DNA of 64,000 nucleotides, taken from Kudoa neothunni. Taxonomy: Eukaryota > Animalia > Cnidaria. The translations under genes and the position numbers were made by a program. Under the pieces are notes generated by a model, which was given only the letters and a program-made list of their open reading frames with translations, had not been told where the DNA came from and did no database searches. This document shows, piece after piece, positions 1 through 12,910 of this stretch. Where the stretch lies: the NCBI GenBank assembly GCA_964304625.1, contig OZ199838.1, forward strand, positions 9,637,245 through 9,701,244, in the 5' to 3' direction. How positions within the stretch are numbered: position 1 is the first letter of the stretch; every line of letters starts with the position of its first letter.

Positions 1-1331
1 AATACTGACCAAAACCATATTTATATAATAACTCGCTGATTTCCAGTATACTCGCCAAAAATATACATTATAACCAGAAGATGACAACATAACTCATTAT
101 TTAAAGCCGAATCCAATTTATTTGTTTTTTATAAATATTTAACGGAATACTCACCAGTAGAGGGTATCTCATCTGTTCACCCATAGATACATATATTTTT
201 CAAATATTCCAAACTTTTTGCAATTTTTGTTAAACTATTGAATTAAATGGCGTATCTTAAAAAATTTATCAGCAGTGTCAACATTTGAATTATTATTAAA
301 GTGAATATATTTTTTTAGATTTAACGCGTTTTATGTCATTGAACTTTTAACGAGTTAAACACCAACCTCTGGAGAAGATTCCAAATAAATAGACGGGCGT
401 GCTAATCTATGATAACGAGACAAAATCAAAATGCCAATAAAACATTTCATTTCACAAATCGTAACGTAAAAGTCATGGTTGTTATTCTGACTCGCATAAA
501 AATTAGTTTATTTACGATACATGTAAATACATTTTCGTCAGGTAACTCCAAAAAAGTTCCATACGAACTTAAGTTCCTTTCAAGCATTGATTCAAAATTA
601 TCCATATTCCAATCGATTGATATAGTCTCATTCTGCCGCAAAAATTGTTATTTTTATTGAGAAGAAACGATATTAGTTTTTTCAGTCCATATCAAGGTAT
701 CACCGTTCACGAAAGACTCAAACGCCTTAGAAAATACTTCAACTTCTCCTCACATCTAAGGAATTAATTGATGTCACATGTCTTTAAAATCGGATTCAAA
801 ATTATCCTCAATATCCATAATAGAGTCGACTTTTTCATAAGGTAATAACACAAAATCAAACGACTCTAGATTTACGCTGTCTTCATACTCTTTAACACCA
901 TCAAAAAGATTCGTATACGACTTTGGCTCCATTATACACTGAGATTTAAAGCAGCGCGCACAATTACCCCATCCGGGGTCTTCGTTGCGTTTTTTACAAA
1001 TAAATATTTACTCATTCCCCTTTGGTGCATTCATAGTCATATGTAGATATTAATTGATAAGTAACAGATGATATATTTATCACTATGAGTTTTATGATCT
1101 ACGTTAGGCAAAACTCTAGTTAATGTTTGTCTAATTGGAATTTCAAAAATAGCACATAAAATTATACTTTGTTCAATCCTAAAATATAAATCAACTACAA
1201 TAACACTTGTTTCCATAAATTATTATGTTTAAGGATCTGAAATAACATAATGCATTTAAAATATTCATTATAATTTTTTTAAATAATCAAATACATTTTT
1301 TTGCGAAAACGCAACGAAAGCCCTGAATGGG
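1..1331 (-). mobile_element. Degenerate piggyBac (PGBD3-like) element, 5' end; continues off the left edge of the window
   Basis: End ...GAATGGG|TTAA at 1331-1335, with an inverted copy of the terminus at 968-995. Minus-strand remnants at about 1-930 read like a piggyBac N-terminus (FVLLPYEKVDSIMDIED...DVRGEVEV) and the IDE..P.TG..S.K region, with stops and frameshifts. Confidence 0.7.
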
Positions 1332-1682
1332 TTAATTAGGAAAAATCGTCTACGAAATCGTGTCATGAATATGAAGAAATTATCAATACTGTACCAATTA
1401 GTTTATTTAAAGATAATTCGCGTTGGTCTTAAAATTCATAATTGAATCGAACATAAAAACTTTCTCGATTTTATTTAACAACAACGGAAAAAAGGGATAC
1501 CTACGTTGCATCTCAAAAGACTCTGACAATTAAATAACCTGTTAGATAGCTTTCCATACAACACAAACTAACAAGTGATTCCATTCAATTTTATTTAATA
1601 CTTTCTGATGAGATTCAGAAGATGAATTAAGCTAGTTAATCTAATGAGCAATTGTTCAAAAGTAAATTTATATATTATAGTT

Positions 1683-3470
1683 TTATTTTTTCTTGGATAA
1701 CCCAGCACCAGCGTTGAATTTGAAGAAAATAATGTCACCATCGTGCACAACATATTGTTTACCCTCCTGTTTGTATTTACCAGCAGCCTAAAATAGAGTA
1801 AAAACAAATTCAAACGATGAATTATAACCTTAACAGCAGCTTCAGAACCAAGCTCTTTAAGATCATCAAACTTCATCACTTCTGCCATTATAAACCCTTT
1901 CTCAAAGTCAGAATGGATTTTTCCTGCAGCTTGAGGAGCTTTGGTTCCACGCTAATTATGAAGGTCAAAAATCAAATTTGAAAACATCACATATGTGAGT
2001 GAAGAATATTTACTCGAATGGTCCATGCTTTAACTTCGTCCTTTCCAGCGGTGAAAAAGTATTCAAGCTGTAACTGAGTGAATCCAGCTTTAATAATTTT
2101 TGGTAGAGCACTCCCAATAGACTGTTCATCTTCGCTTAGGTATCCATCAAAAAACTATAAGAAAAAAAGATAAGAAACTAAAACACAAAACTCTTACTCG
2201 TTGTTCAAATACGGCGCTAAAAGGAATGATCATCGAGCCGGGATCATTCTCATCAACAAAAGCTTTGATTTTTGCCAGCCATTTATTTTTCTTAGTCTTA
2301 TATCCCTGCTCGGTGATATTAACCAGATAAATTACTGGCTTCGCAGTCAACAGCATGTGAATATTGAGTGCATCAATCTGTTTTTACGCACACATAAAAA
2401 CGCAAGTTAGAATAGACAAAGTACATCTTTGCTGCTCCATTGTTTTTCCGTCTTGACCCATTTTCCACTTTCTAGAATTTTCAAACACTTTCTAAGAGTC
2501 TCCTATATATAAAGTCCGCCAATCAGTTTTAATGGCGCATAGTAACAAGACACACATACCACTTCAAAAAGTCTAGCTTTGTCATTAGCACGGACCACTG
2601 TTCTTTCCATTTGTTCCTTAGATACAAATAAAATGGCTTCTCACCAAAATTCAAAACTTTATACCAATCTAGTATTGACATATTCTATATCCTACACGGC
2701 GAAAAATGACAATAGAACAAATACATAATCTTACCTTCAGTCTTAATTCATCCATAATTATTTTTATATCTCTGATAGGATCCACATCACCATCAACATG
2801 AGAAATTTCCAAATTATCAAAAGCTCCTAACAACGAAAAAAATAAATGACACCTTCATCTAGAAATAACTTATCATATGGAAAATGGCATCACAACCGGA
2901 AATGTGAGACAAAAATGCGTTCCCAAGACCCTATATAATAAACTAATTATTAAGATGAACGCAAATCACAATACTTCGCCATTGCTTGCCCCTTGAACGA
3001 GCCCTGCGATATCCATAACTTGCAAAAATGCTGACACATTACTGTGATCAATGTTGTGTTAGGAGATAATGTGTTACAATAATTCTTACTTTTTGGGTTT
3101 GAAATGATCAACCAAATAATCAAATCTCTCATCTGGGACAGCAACTCTACCTAAAGATTGTGTATTTTACTAAATCAGTCGGTCAACAACAAAACCAATA
3201 CTTTCATTAGGTTCTAAATAAGGTATTACAATAGAAAAAGTATTAAAACAACTACCGATGGTACAGAATGGATAGTTCTCAGCTGGAACAGAGCTTTTCG
3301 TTAGAATATTAAAAAAGGTAGATTTTCTACATGATAATAAATGGAAAAATGGCCTCTCTATCACACATATACCCAACGTTCGGTAAACCTACAACACCAA
3401 TTCTAAGTTGTGTTTTAAAACGGCCTAAAATAGGAGTGGTTTCTTCAACCTGAGGCTTCTTCGGAGGCAT
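1683..3470 (-). CDS. OLA1: Obg-like ATPase 1 (YchF family), multi-exon
   Basis: Spliced translation MPPKK...[13 protein letters not shown]...[11 protein letters not shown]...[23 protein letters not shown]...[12 protein letters not shown]...[14 protein letters not shown]...[21 protein letters not shown]...[14 protein letters not shown] introns are about 40-70 nt; stop TAA at 1683-1685. Confidence 0.97.
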
Positions 3471-3477
3471 TATGTAT

Positions 3478-3488
3478 TTGCGCAGGCA
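3478..3488 (-). promoter_or_regulatory. TGCCTGCGCAA motif (NRF1-like) 7 nt upstream of the OLA1 ATG
   Basis: The identical 11-mer occurs upstream of MED26 (4472-4482, minus) and a variant occurs upstream of GOSR1 (21348-21358). Confidence 0.5.
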
Positions 3489-3505
3489 AAAAAACACGCA
3501 TGTCA

Positions 3506-4415
3506 TTATTCGGTAATATAGGGTAAAATAATAAGTTGCGAAGAGACGCAAGGCATAGGCTTTGCAAACGAGTAATAAGAGCCATCTTCTGCTAAACAAC
3601 CGTTTAATCCTACAGCTTCAGTATCAGGAACTAAAATATTATCCAAATTATCCACCGCCATGGATGGTTCGTTGGTTTTTGGCGCAGGTACACCACGTTG
3701 TACAAATTCATTATTTTCTACCAACTTTGTTAATGTTTCCAAAGTATTGACTATATTTTCAAATGGACGCATACGTTCCTCATCTATTTTTATCTGTTCT
3801 CTGAAACAATAATCAGTCTAAACGTACACATTAACATCACTACTTTATGCTTTCAGTGTGAAGATTTTCGAAACCAATGCTACTTGCTGTACTTAAATTG
3901 TCCATCTTTTCAGCTAAATTGCCACATAATTGGCCAATACTTGTTTGACTATTTGAAACAGAGGCTTGTAAGTTATCATAGTTGTTTTGAGCCTCGTTAT
4001 ATTGGGGTGTTTGATCAGATAATAATGGTAATTGGTCTGGCAAAGTGGGGTCGGATTCCTTTTCTATTATCTCCATAACTACTGCTTGCCATTTCCTTAA
4101 TAGTTTTCGAATTCGTCTGGATAATTCAGGAATATTTAGGCGTTTCCTAGTGTTATTTAAAAGTTTCCCGATTCTAGTTTCCTATAAGTTGACCACAATG
4201 AATATTTTTAGGATTTTCCTGAATGAAAATCACTTCCAACATTGTTTTCGAAACATCCATTCGCTCCAATTTCTCAACAGCTTCTGTGTACGAATCTATA
4301 TTGGAAATCTATACGGTATTATACCGATATTGTTTTCGAAAAATTAAAGACTAACGTTTCCAGAATGGTCAACTGAGCTATTTAACATTCTAATAACATT
4401 AGTGAGATCCTCCAT
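3506..4415 (-). CDS. MED26: Mediator subunit 26 (compact), 4 exons
   Basis: Spliced N-terminus [77 protein letters not shown] is a TFIIS-N/LW domain of MED26 type. The C-terminus [34 protein letters not shown] resembles the MED26 C-terminal motif GVNG...GNWY.W...LNILPY. Confidence 0.85.
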
Positions 4416-4471
4416 ATTTCACTGGATAAGGTCTCAGCAAAACGAAAGTGCGTAAAAGTGACTTATCGCGG

Positions 4472-4482
4472 TTGCGCAGGCA
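4472..4482 (-). promoter_or_regulatory. TGCCTGCGCAA motif upstream of MED26
   Basis: Exact copy of the motif before OLA1, about 56 nt upstream of the MED26 ATG. Confidence 0.5.
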
Positions 4483-4800
4483 GTTATCAGTTCTCCTCAA
4501 TTCAAATCAACTTTGTACCACCTCTCAAAAGCTAAATGTTCCATTCTTGACGGATTATTGATAAAGTCCATTTTATAGTTAATTTTGCAAGAAATAGGAT
4601 AATACAATCTAAGTGAGAACAACTTACAATATAATACAATGATAATTTATTTAAAGGGGTAATTTTTATGATAGATCATTTAAGATTGCTTAGTTGGTTC
4701 GTATTAATTACATCGAAAATTAAAATTCCCCAGCTGTACATGCTATAAATAATGTTTAAATACTGTAGGAATTCACATGGCTCAATATGTCAAATGTGTA

Positions 4801-6013
4801 CAGTAGGTGATGACTCGTGCGCTCCAGCCATGATTTAATGACTTACACAATTCTGTTTCTAATAAAAGTAAATCCAGTAAAAACATAACAAATATAATAA
4901 ATTATTGAAGTCTTGGTTTTTGTTTTAATTCGCTGTAAATAAGAATTAGCTCAAATTTACCACTCGTGGGCATTAAGCTCAAGAATATAGTTGCCCAAAG
5001 ATGGGTCGTGGGCACTTAAAGAGAACTAAACAGTTTCGTCCTTTGGAAGATAAAATGGATATAATTCCATATGATGAAAGAATATCAAATGGGGAAAACA
5101 GAAGAACTAAGATCCTCAATTATTTTAACGTAAAATTTTTGTCCTCTTTATAAAAAATTTTTGACAGTGAAGAATCCATTATGAAGGCTCATAATGAAAT
5201 GAGAATTACAAAAACCGCAAAAAATTAAAAAAAATATACAATTTCTGCGAATGATGTTCTAATTTATTTAAGTAAAATGTGCAGATTTTCCAGAAAACGA
5301 AATTATCAAATGTTATCTACAGTTATAGATCTAGAAACGGCGATTTATGATATAATAGAGTCAAAGCTATACCAGTAAATATAACTTTTTCAAACTAAAA
5401 ATCAACTAATAAATATGATAAAAATTTTTAGTTATATTTTATTAAGTATATTATTAAATTTTATGAAATTTATGCATATCAATATATATTTCATTTTTCT
5501 TGATTAATAACTCTTACTCCTACTCTTCTTGAGTACAGAAAATAATTAATTTACTACGCAACGCCTCTATAAGATATAATAATTCATTAAGAAAGGTTTT
5601 TGTATGTTTTTATTTAAAATAGTCTAAAACTTATGATGAAAATATAAAAATAGTTTTGATTGTAATAAAATTGGATGTGTGAATTACGTTTATTTTTTTT
5701 TAATTTTTGTTGACAGAAATCATTAGTGTTACCATCACGTTGTCTGAATAGTTTGTTTTTACAAATTAAGTCAAGGATCAACTAGATTAATCGCACTTAA
5801 CCTTTACATCATTGCTATGACGAATTTTATTTTTATTAATATAATTTTAGTATAAATGTGAACATTGTGATAAATAAGAGAGATTAAATTGCAAGAGCCC
5901 ACATTAAAATTTTGCATTGTTCACATGCGCCATGGCGGCTCGAGGGCACTTGATGGGTTGTGTGCCTCTCGGACTCAATTCCCATTTTTGTGCCCATGAC
6001 CCATCACCTACTA
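4801..6013. mobile_element. Non-autonomous TIR DNA transposon, superfamily uncertain
   Basis: Termini CAGTAGGTGATG (4801) and CATCACCTACTA (6002-6013), each flanked by TA. Subterminal repeats such as GATGGGTCGTGGGCAC occur near 5000 and 5985-6005. Confidence 0.7.
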
Positions 6014-6484
6014 TACACTTCGAAATTTTTAAAATTTAATTAATGCTTCTTCAATTCGTTATATCTGATTTAAAAATTATTTTGAAGTTCTTTTCCCAAT
6101 TTCTCGGTGATTAATCAGTGAATAATTATCATTTAAATAAATACAAAAAAATGAATATGAAATTTTCTTAAACACATTTAGTTTGTGACTTACGTTTAAT
6201 TCTTTACAGCGGTTAAAAAAACGTTTTGAATACCAAAGGGAGTGTAAGCTCACTTTTGACTCGGGTAGTGTTATTTTGACGTTAGTTACACTCATGGGAA
6301 TATTATTATTAATCCAATACACTTCCTTTTTATGGGTTGAAAATGAATTTCGTATGAAAAGTATACTATATTTAATTATTTACAGTCAATATAAAGCTGT
6401 TAAAGAATAAGAATATTTAATTATGGCAGAATTAAACACATTAAGATTCAATATGTATAGACCAATAAATGTAACCTTATTTAA

Positions 6485-7676
6485 CCCTCATGCCCACGGT
6501 GGGGGTCACTTTGACCCCCACCGGACTTATTCGATATTGTCTTGTAAACATATCCAAGAGAAAAGAATTTTTTATCTCTAATTTATTTTTGTAACTTATT
6601 TATAATAATATACAATCAAAATTTGTTATATGGTATCTTTAAAGACATTTTAAGCCTTGATACAAAAAAAATCGTTTGTTATATTAGAAAAATTAATATT
6701 ATTAAAATATACTTAAAAAAATATTAAGAAATTACTCTAATTCAAACACGTGGCGTAAATTGTAACTGATTGAAAATTTGCTTCATTTGGAAATAGAAAA
6801 ATTTCTAAACAACTCATAAATAATACATAATTTATGTGATGAAGGATATTTTAAACTCCCGATTACAACCAGACTATCAAGTCTTTTGTGATGAGATTGA
6901 TTTTAGCAATAACGCCATTTATACGGTTACACCACAAGATCTGTCAACATTTAGCTCGCATTCGAAAGACTGACTTAAAAAGCAGTCATTTTTAAAAATT
7001 ATATATGTACCTATAAACTTGCTCAACTCGAGATTGCAAATATCAGCAATTGTACACATCCATATTTTTCCTTGTCATTATTCTTACTAACGAACAACTA
7101 CCAATATACTTCATTCAGCCATCTTTTGTAATTGAACTTTTCTATTGTAACTCATTTCTTATGTATTTATTTAAATATTCGACAATCAAATCTAATATTT
7201 CATTTTCCAGAAAACGTAACACAAAAATTGAAATATCGCAATTTTTAACGCATTATTTTTGAAGGTTTTATGTTTGAAAATGTTCTCTGCGTCAGTTTGT
7301 CTTCGAATGCGTGTTGGTTGCTCAAACCATTTTTCTCCCACTTTAAATGTCACTACGTAGATTTCTTCTTTTGAAATATTAATTTCATTATCGGAATAAT
7401 AGTAATCCGATGTGGGGTTCTCAATTAGACAATTATTAAATTCAAAATTGGTTTCTTCAAAATAGGGATCTTATTCAGTGAATTCAGAATCCATTATGTC
7501 ACGTGTAAGATTATAATTGGCAATGTACGTATTTTATTATGCGTTGATTAAAAATTTTTTTAAAGTGTTCTATAACAATAAATGAACCTTTATTATATCA
7601 AAAAGTCATTTATAAAAAAATAAGAATTTTCTCAAAAAGGTCGAGGAACGTGATTTTCTTAGCGTATGTATGAGGG
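6485..7676 (-). mobile_element. Internally deleted piggyBac element
   Basis: TTAA|CCCTCAT... and ...ATGAGGG|TTAG termini. Subterminal palindrome GGTGGGGGTCACTTTGACCCCCACC at 6498-6522. Acidic transposase-like N-terminal remnant on the minus strand at about 7250-7500. Confidence 0.75.
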
Positions 7677-8029
7677 TTAGATATATAAAGACTGGTTTCT
7701 CGTCCAAATTTCTTGATCATGTGCTCAGGCATTATATTCTTGCTCAAAACTTTGCACGCATATCACTAGGCTAGTGGCGGTCAAACTTTATCATCCCGGG
7801 CCGCATGGAGATAATATGTTAAGACAAGACACTACGGCATTCAAAAATAGGCCTTCGTACTCATAATAGAATACAAATACCGAGTTTCACGCAAGCGCAT
7901 TATGTAAAAAATCGATTAAACCATTTATTGGCTCCTTTTTAAGCATAAATTTATTTATATAATGAAAGTAAGAATTTTATATTTTTCATTTTATATTTAG
8001 AGAAAGTGCCTACCATTTAATCTGCTGTC

Positions 8030-8560
8030 CTCTTTCTTTTAAAATAACTGATTTTCGATCCATAACAGGGTGTAAATCACATAGACCTTCCGGATCTTGG
8101 GTTGCAAAGGTTTATCTAAGATTTCTTAAGGCATCCTTAATTTTAGATGTTGACAGTTTGACGATTAATTATTCCTTTTGACACTTATCATCGGAGATAC
8201 TGACGTATGACCCGCTATTAAATTAGACTACTAATAAAGTCTCTCCTTCATTCACGGTTTTATTTGTTAGAAATGTCGTAGCTGGAAAGTTTTTGTTCTA
8301 TCTAGAAGATTCTACCGAGGGTTGAATGTTCTTTATATTTAAAATGTAGTTTTTTACCAAGACATAATCATTCTATTACTAAAATCAAATTTCTAAGTTG
8401 TTCATTTTTGAACTCCTTATTGACTTAATTGATTTATTACAACTGATAATTTTAAATTTCTCGTCAACATCCCTCTGTATCCTTGGCATGGTCAAATTCA
8501 CTACGCAACGTTGAATCAAAACGGGATTTCCGGACCGTAGAATTGCTACGAAATACAAAA
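8030..8560 (-). mobile_element. Possible Gypsy integrase C-terminal remnant
   Basis: Decayed minus-strand motifs DYVLVKNY and PRSGRS..TP.YG, followed by a purine tract (AAAAGAAAGAGGA) near 8030. Confidence 0.35.
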
Positions 8561-10249
8561 TTATTTCGCAATACCAAGCAATTTCATATTAATTTTTGTA
8601 TTCGTAGATATTTTTACACATATTTTACGAGATAATAATGTAATTATTACTTTGTAATATCCAAATTTATAAAAAATTAACGAGATATTGGGCTACTACG
8701 CAATACCGATTAACGCAAAATCAATGCACGATTGTAGAACAATAGTTTTTTTAGATTAATTCATTTTAAATCGAATAGATGAAATCATATGAGAAGATAT
8801 TTTATACGCAATGAGAATAAATTACATAATGAAAATTGAGTAATAAAGAATTATACTGAGATTCGTAACGAAAAAACTCGTGGGTCACATTGGAACTTGT
8901 CACGGCCGTAATTCCCCCGTTCCTGCGCTAATTCACTAATCGCCGAACATGTGCCAAAAAATAATTAATCACAATACATTCCATAAAATAAAATTTATAG
9001 CACAATTATGAATGGTAGTTGCCGGGATTAAAAATTTCTGTCATTAATGAGTGCCTAATGATTTTGATCACATTTTTAATTGCGCTAAGTATTTAAATCG
9101 TTGGATTTCAAGTTTTTAACCTTAGGCATGGAAATATAGTTATATATTAAAAAACCGTAAACAATGTCATCAGAGTTTTGTCTTTGAATAAAAAAATCTC
9201 TATCTTCGATCTTCGGCGCGTGCGCCGAAGATAGAGACTGCCTCATTATGGATTTTACATAATGATATGGATTAAACAAAATAAATACTTACTGTACATA
9301 CTAATTTGTGCACTCCACTCTTTTTCTGAGCCCTTAAGATGCTATAAATTTCACATGTATTTTTTCTTCGTCCATTATAAATTGTCGAATATTGTTTTAT
9401 AATGAAAATAATAATAAGCTTAATATAACAACAAAACATTTATAATTAATGTATGCACATTACGTTACGGCTGGCAACGAGTATGTCACGTATACTTTAA
9501 TCTAGCCTTCGGATGCCGAATAACTTGTCAAGTTTTTTGAAACTATTACCTCAATTGCACAAAATATGATTGGGTTTAATGATTTAGATTCGAATAATTT
9601 TTAAATAATTAAACAAAAACTGACTCATTGATACGCGAAATACGGGAAACTATAAAACAATCAACAGGTCGCGCGCGCAACCATATGAAGTTTAGTATTA
9701 GCATTCACTAGACCCATCAATAATCCACTCGATTATAATTAAACTGAATTCTATAAATTTAATATGGAAGTTAATTTTAAAAATTTCGCATCAACATTAA
9801 TAAACCAATACGAAAACCCGAAAATAAAAATATCTCCCATGCAATGAAGAAAAATCTTTATAAATCTAACGGTTGCCTATTTCAATTGAAATTACGCAAA
9901 GAGAAAATTTATTTAGATAATTAACATGTAAGACAATTAGTTGGTGTAATAATCATAAATTACATAGGCCAACAACACATGAGCGTGCGCATAGAAGGAC
10001 GGGTCTTATAAGTTTTGAGTAGCGAACTGACTTGTTACGTGTTAGCGTTGCTATCATTTATCGGAGTTGTTTTTATTAACAAAAATCAACAACTAACGTC
10101 TTTAAAAGTAGTGAATGTGTTTCCCGGTCAATTAATTGCGATCCGTTGTTGTGTAGTTTGGACCAAACAATCGATAGCATTCGCACTTATAAATCATGTA
10201 TGATAGTGTAAATAATAGTGGGGGACGAGATAAATCTGTCGACAACTAC

Positions 10250-11414
10250 ATGCAACATATCAATCTCGTTAAAGATATAAAATTCGGAGCCAAAAATATC
10301 AATTTGAATGTGGTTATTTTATTTTTAGGTATGTGTTACTCATTTGTGTTTGATAGTTGGATTTCATAATTACAATCGTTCTGATAGGTAAGGCCGTAGT
10401 TACTAAATCTGGCCAGACAGTGTGCACATGCCGAATAGCTGACTCAAGTGGCTCTATTGATTTGAGCCTGTGGGATGATCTCAGTAAACTGCTTAAACCT
10501 GGCGATATTATTTCTATTAATGGCGCGTAAAGTTTCTTGTTGGTTACATCAAAGAAGAATAGATTTGACGGTGGTTGTTTAGATATGCTACCGGATTCAA
10601 GGGACGTTTATCTCTTAATGTTGGCAGAGGTGGCAATATTGAAAAATGTGACGAGTAAATTTATCACTCGTGCTGCTGTCTATTATTTTCTTCGTCGTTT
10701 TGATATTGCACACTTTATCTGTAGATTTTGTTTTTTGTTTGAAGAACTACCCTACTTAAGTGATGTACCTCTTGATAGTAATGTGGTACCGGTTTAATAT
10801 TAAATTTTCGTTCATTTCACTGATGTATTTTCCGTATGCTCTAGTTAAACTCATCAAACATCTGTTCTGCTTCCGTAGCTGTAAACAACTATATTCCACA
10901 TTCTGGTAACAAGCATCCAAGTAAGATATAATCTATTGCTTTACCGATGGTTGTTTGGTTATATGTTTCGAAAAACGGCTGTGTTTTAGTTCCGTTAAAC
11001 AATACAACATTCAAGGAAATGACCGATGATCCTAGAAAGCTCGCTGCCTCGTTTGGAGCAGCGCGGATGGCATCAGCCAACTACAAAAATACCACGTAAA
11101 AGATTGGCTGTTTCCGAAAACGTATTGACTTAGATTACATTATGTAGAATATTCCCCATCAACTCAAAATTTCGCAATAATTACCCTACAAATTTTTCTG
11201 ATTCTAATACCAATCTATCATCACGAGCAATGCCACCCAGGTTTTTTGTTTAACAATTACATAGCTTATCCATTCTAGCAAAAGTTTCGGGAGTACAGCA
11301 CCGTCGTCAGGTCTGGTTGGATCTTCTACACCTGCAAACTTTCCCCCCAAAAATAACGCAACTTATACAGAAAATAAATTCATCCCGAGAGATCCTCGAT
11401 TGAAAAATTCATAA
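10250..11414 (+). CDS. NABP: SOSS complex subunit B / NABP (hSSB1/2-like OB-fold ssDNA-binding protein), 8 exons
   Basis: Spliced MQHINLVKDIKFGAKNINLNVVILFLGKAVVTKSGQTVCTCRIADSSGSIDLSLWDDLSKLLKPGDIISINGAYATGFKGRLSLNVGRGGNIEKCDEFC matches the NABP OB fold. Further in-phase exons give a low-complexity tail ending PRDPRLKNS* (RDPR as in the NABP1 tail). Confidence 0.93.
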
Positions 11415-11599
11415 TTTAATTTGGTCGATCGATGTGTTATCGCATTGGATCGATACCTTTAACCAGTTGTTTAAAACGTTGATTATTGTAATTAGATTTA
11501 TGTGTAATTAGACATTTTACAATATTATTTCCATTAATTTACCTAAAAAAATGTAATCTTGTTGTTTGATTGAAAATTTATTGAAAACTGCTAGCCTGT

Positions 11600-12910
11600 T
11601 TGTTATAACTGTAGCTTGGAACAAAGTTTTCCACAATAAGAACTTCGTATTGCTTGAATTGATATAACTGTACCAAGTTGAATAATAGGGAAAGTTGTCT
11701 TGATAAATCGGTCGATTGGTGATATTTTTTTGGAAACTGTGGTTCTATCTGAACGACCAAAGTTATCCTCTTGAATTTTTCATGAATTATAACAATTGGT
11801 CATTATGGGAAAATTCCCTCCACTTTTTTCCAAAAATGCCTTAATATACATCTCAGCGTTCTACCTTCCAACAATTATTGAAACGCAGTGGAGAAGAATT
11901 AGATAATACAAAATTCTAGCACAAATCTTAGTCGGAGTGAAAACCAAGACTAAAAAGTTGGGACATAATTATTGTTTCTGCTCAATTTGAATTGGAATAG
12001 ATTGTTAATCCATGCGCATAATTTTGTCCAATAAACTTTGACCGTGAACTGCATTTCTTTGAATGAATAAAAATCGGAGAGTGAAAATTTTCCAAATAAT
12101 TTAAACCTACTTTTCATGTTAGTTCTGCGTTTGTGGTGAATGTCCTAAAGGTTGTGACTAATGTCATTGCAATAATTACCGATGAAATTATTGTCGTAAA
12201 CTATTTTAAATGAAAGCGACAATTTGTATTTGTTAGGAACTATTTTATTTGTGTGACAACTCTCAATTCCTCTTGTTAGTGGATGCGCAAGTTTTTTAGT
12301 TCTTGGATAAAACAACCTTAACCTCAATGAGAGTATCTTATGTGAGTATTTATTTCAAGGACTGTAAAACTCATGAAATGGACCAACAAAACGAACGAAA
12401 TCAATTGATAAGGTTGAAGCTTATCGTATTGAGTAAACTATTGGTCGTGTTAAAATTGCCTGTCATAGTTTGTAATTCTCCAGATTAATAATACTTTAAG
12501 TGAATTTATCATTGTAGGTTAACATTTTATGCTAGAAATGTCCTATTGAGAATCAAGGTGACTCTTTGAGAAATTGTTTGAAGAAACACGAATTTCTTTT
12601 ACTTTTAGAACTTTTTACGTCAAATATCTAATGGTTCTCGCTGGATTAACGAACTATATTTTATCGTAAAATATGAGTGTTCTTCAACTATGGGATCTCG
12701 TGTAAGTAATTTTTTCATCGCAAAATATAAAAAAATTGTATAATCATCTTTTTATACATGTAATCCAAACATAGACTATTCGTGTGGACTCCAACTTTCT
12801 AAAAACAGAGAAAGTCTCGAGTGATGGTTGGAACGTTGTTATAAAAACAGCTCTAATTAATTCGATATTCAAAATCCGATTGAATACAATAATAATAGAA
12901 CATCTATAAA
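11600..12910 (+). pseudogene. Unidentified multi-exon gene remnant with in-frame stops
   Basis: The 3' exons splice in phase with GT-AG tiny introns (FLDKTTLTSMRVSY|VEAYRIE|LTFYARNVLLRIK|NFLRQ...MGSR|TIRVDSNF...EHL*). Upstream segments carry scattered TAA/TAG. No family recognised. Confidence 0.3.

Noticed and set aside
8897-9480. Possible MITE bounded by GCCGTAA / TTACGGC
   Set aside because: The inverted match is too short and no TSD was seen.
10889-11080. Minus-strand 63-aa ORF as a separate gene
   Set aside because: It is antisense to in-phase plus-strand exons of the NABP tail.
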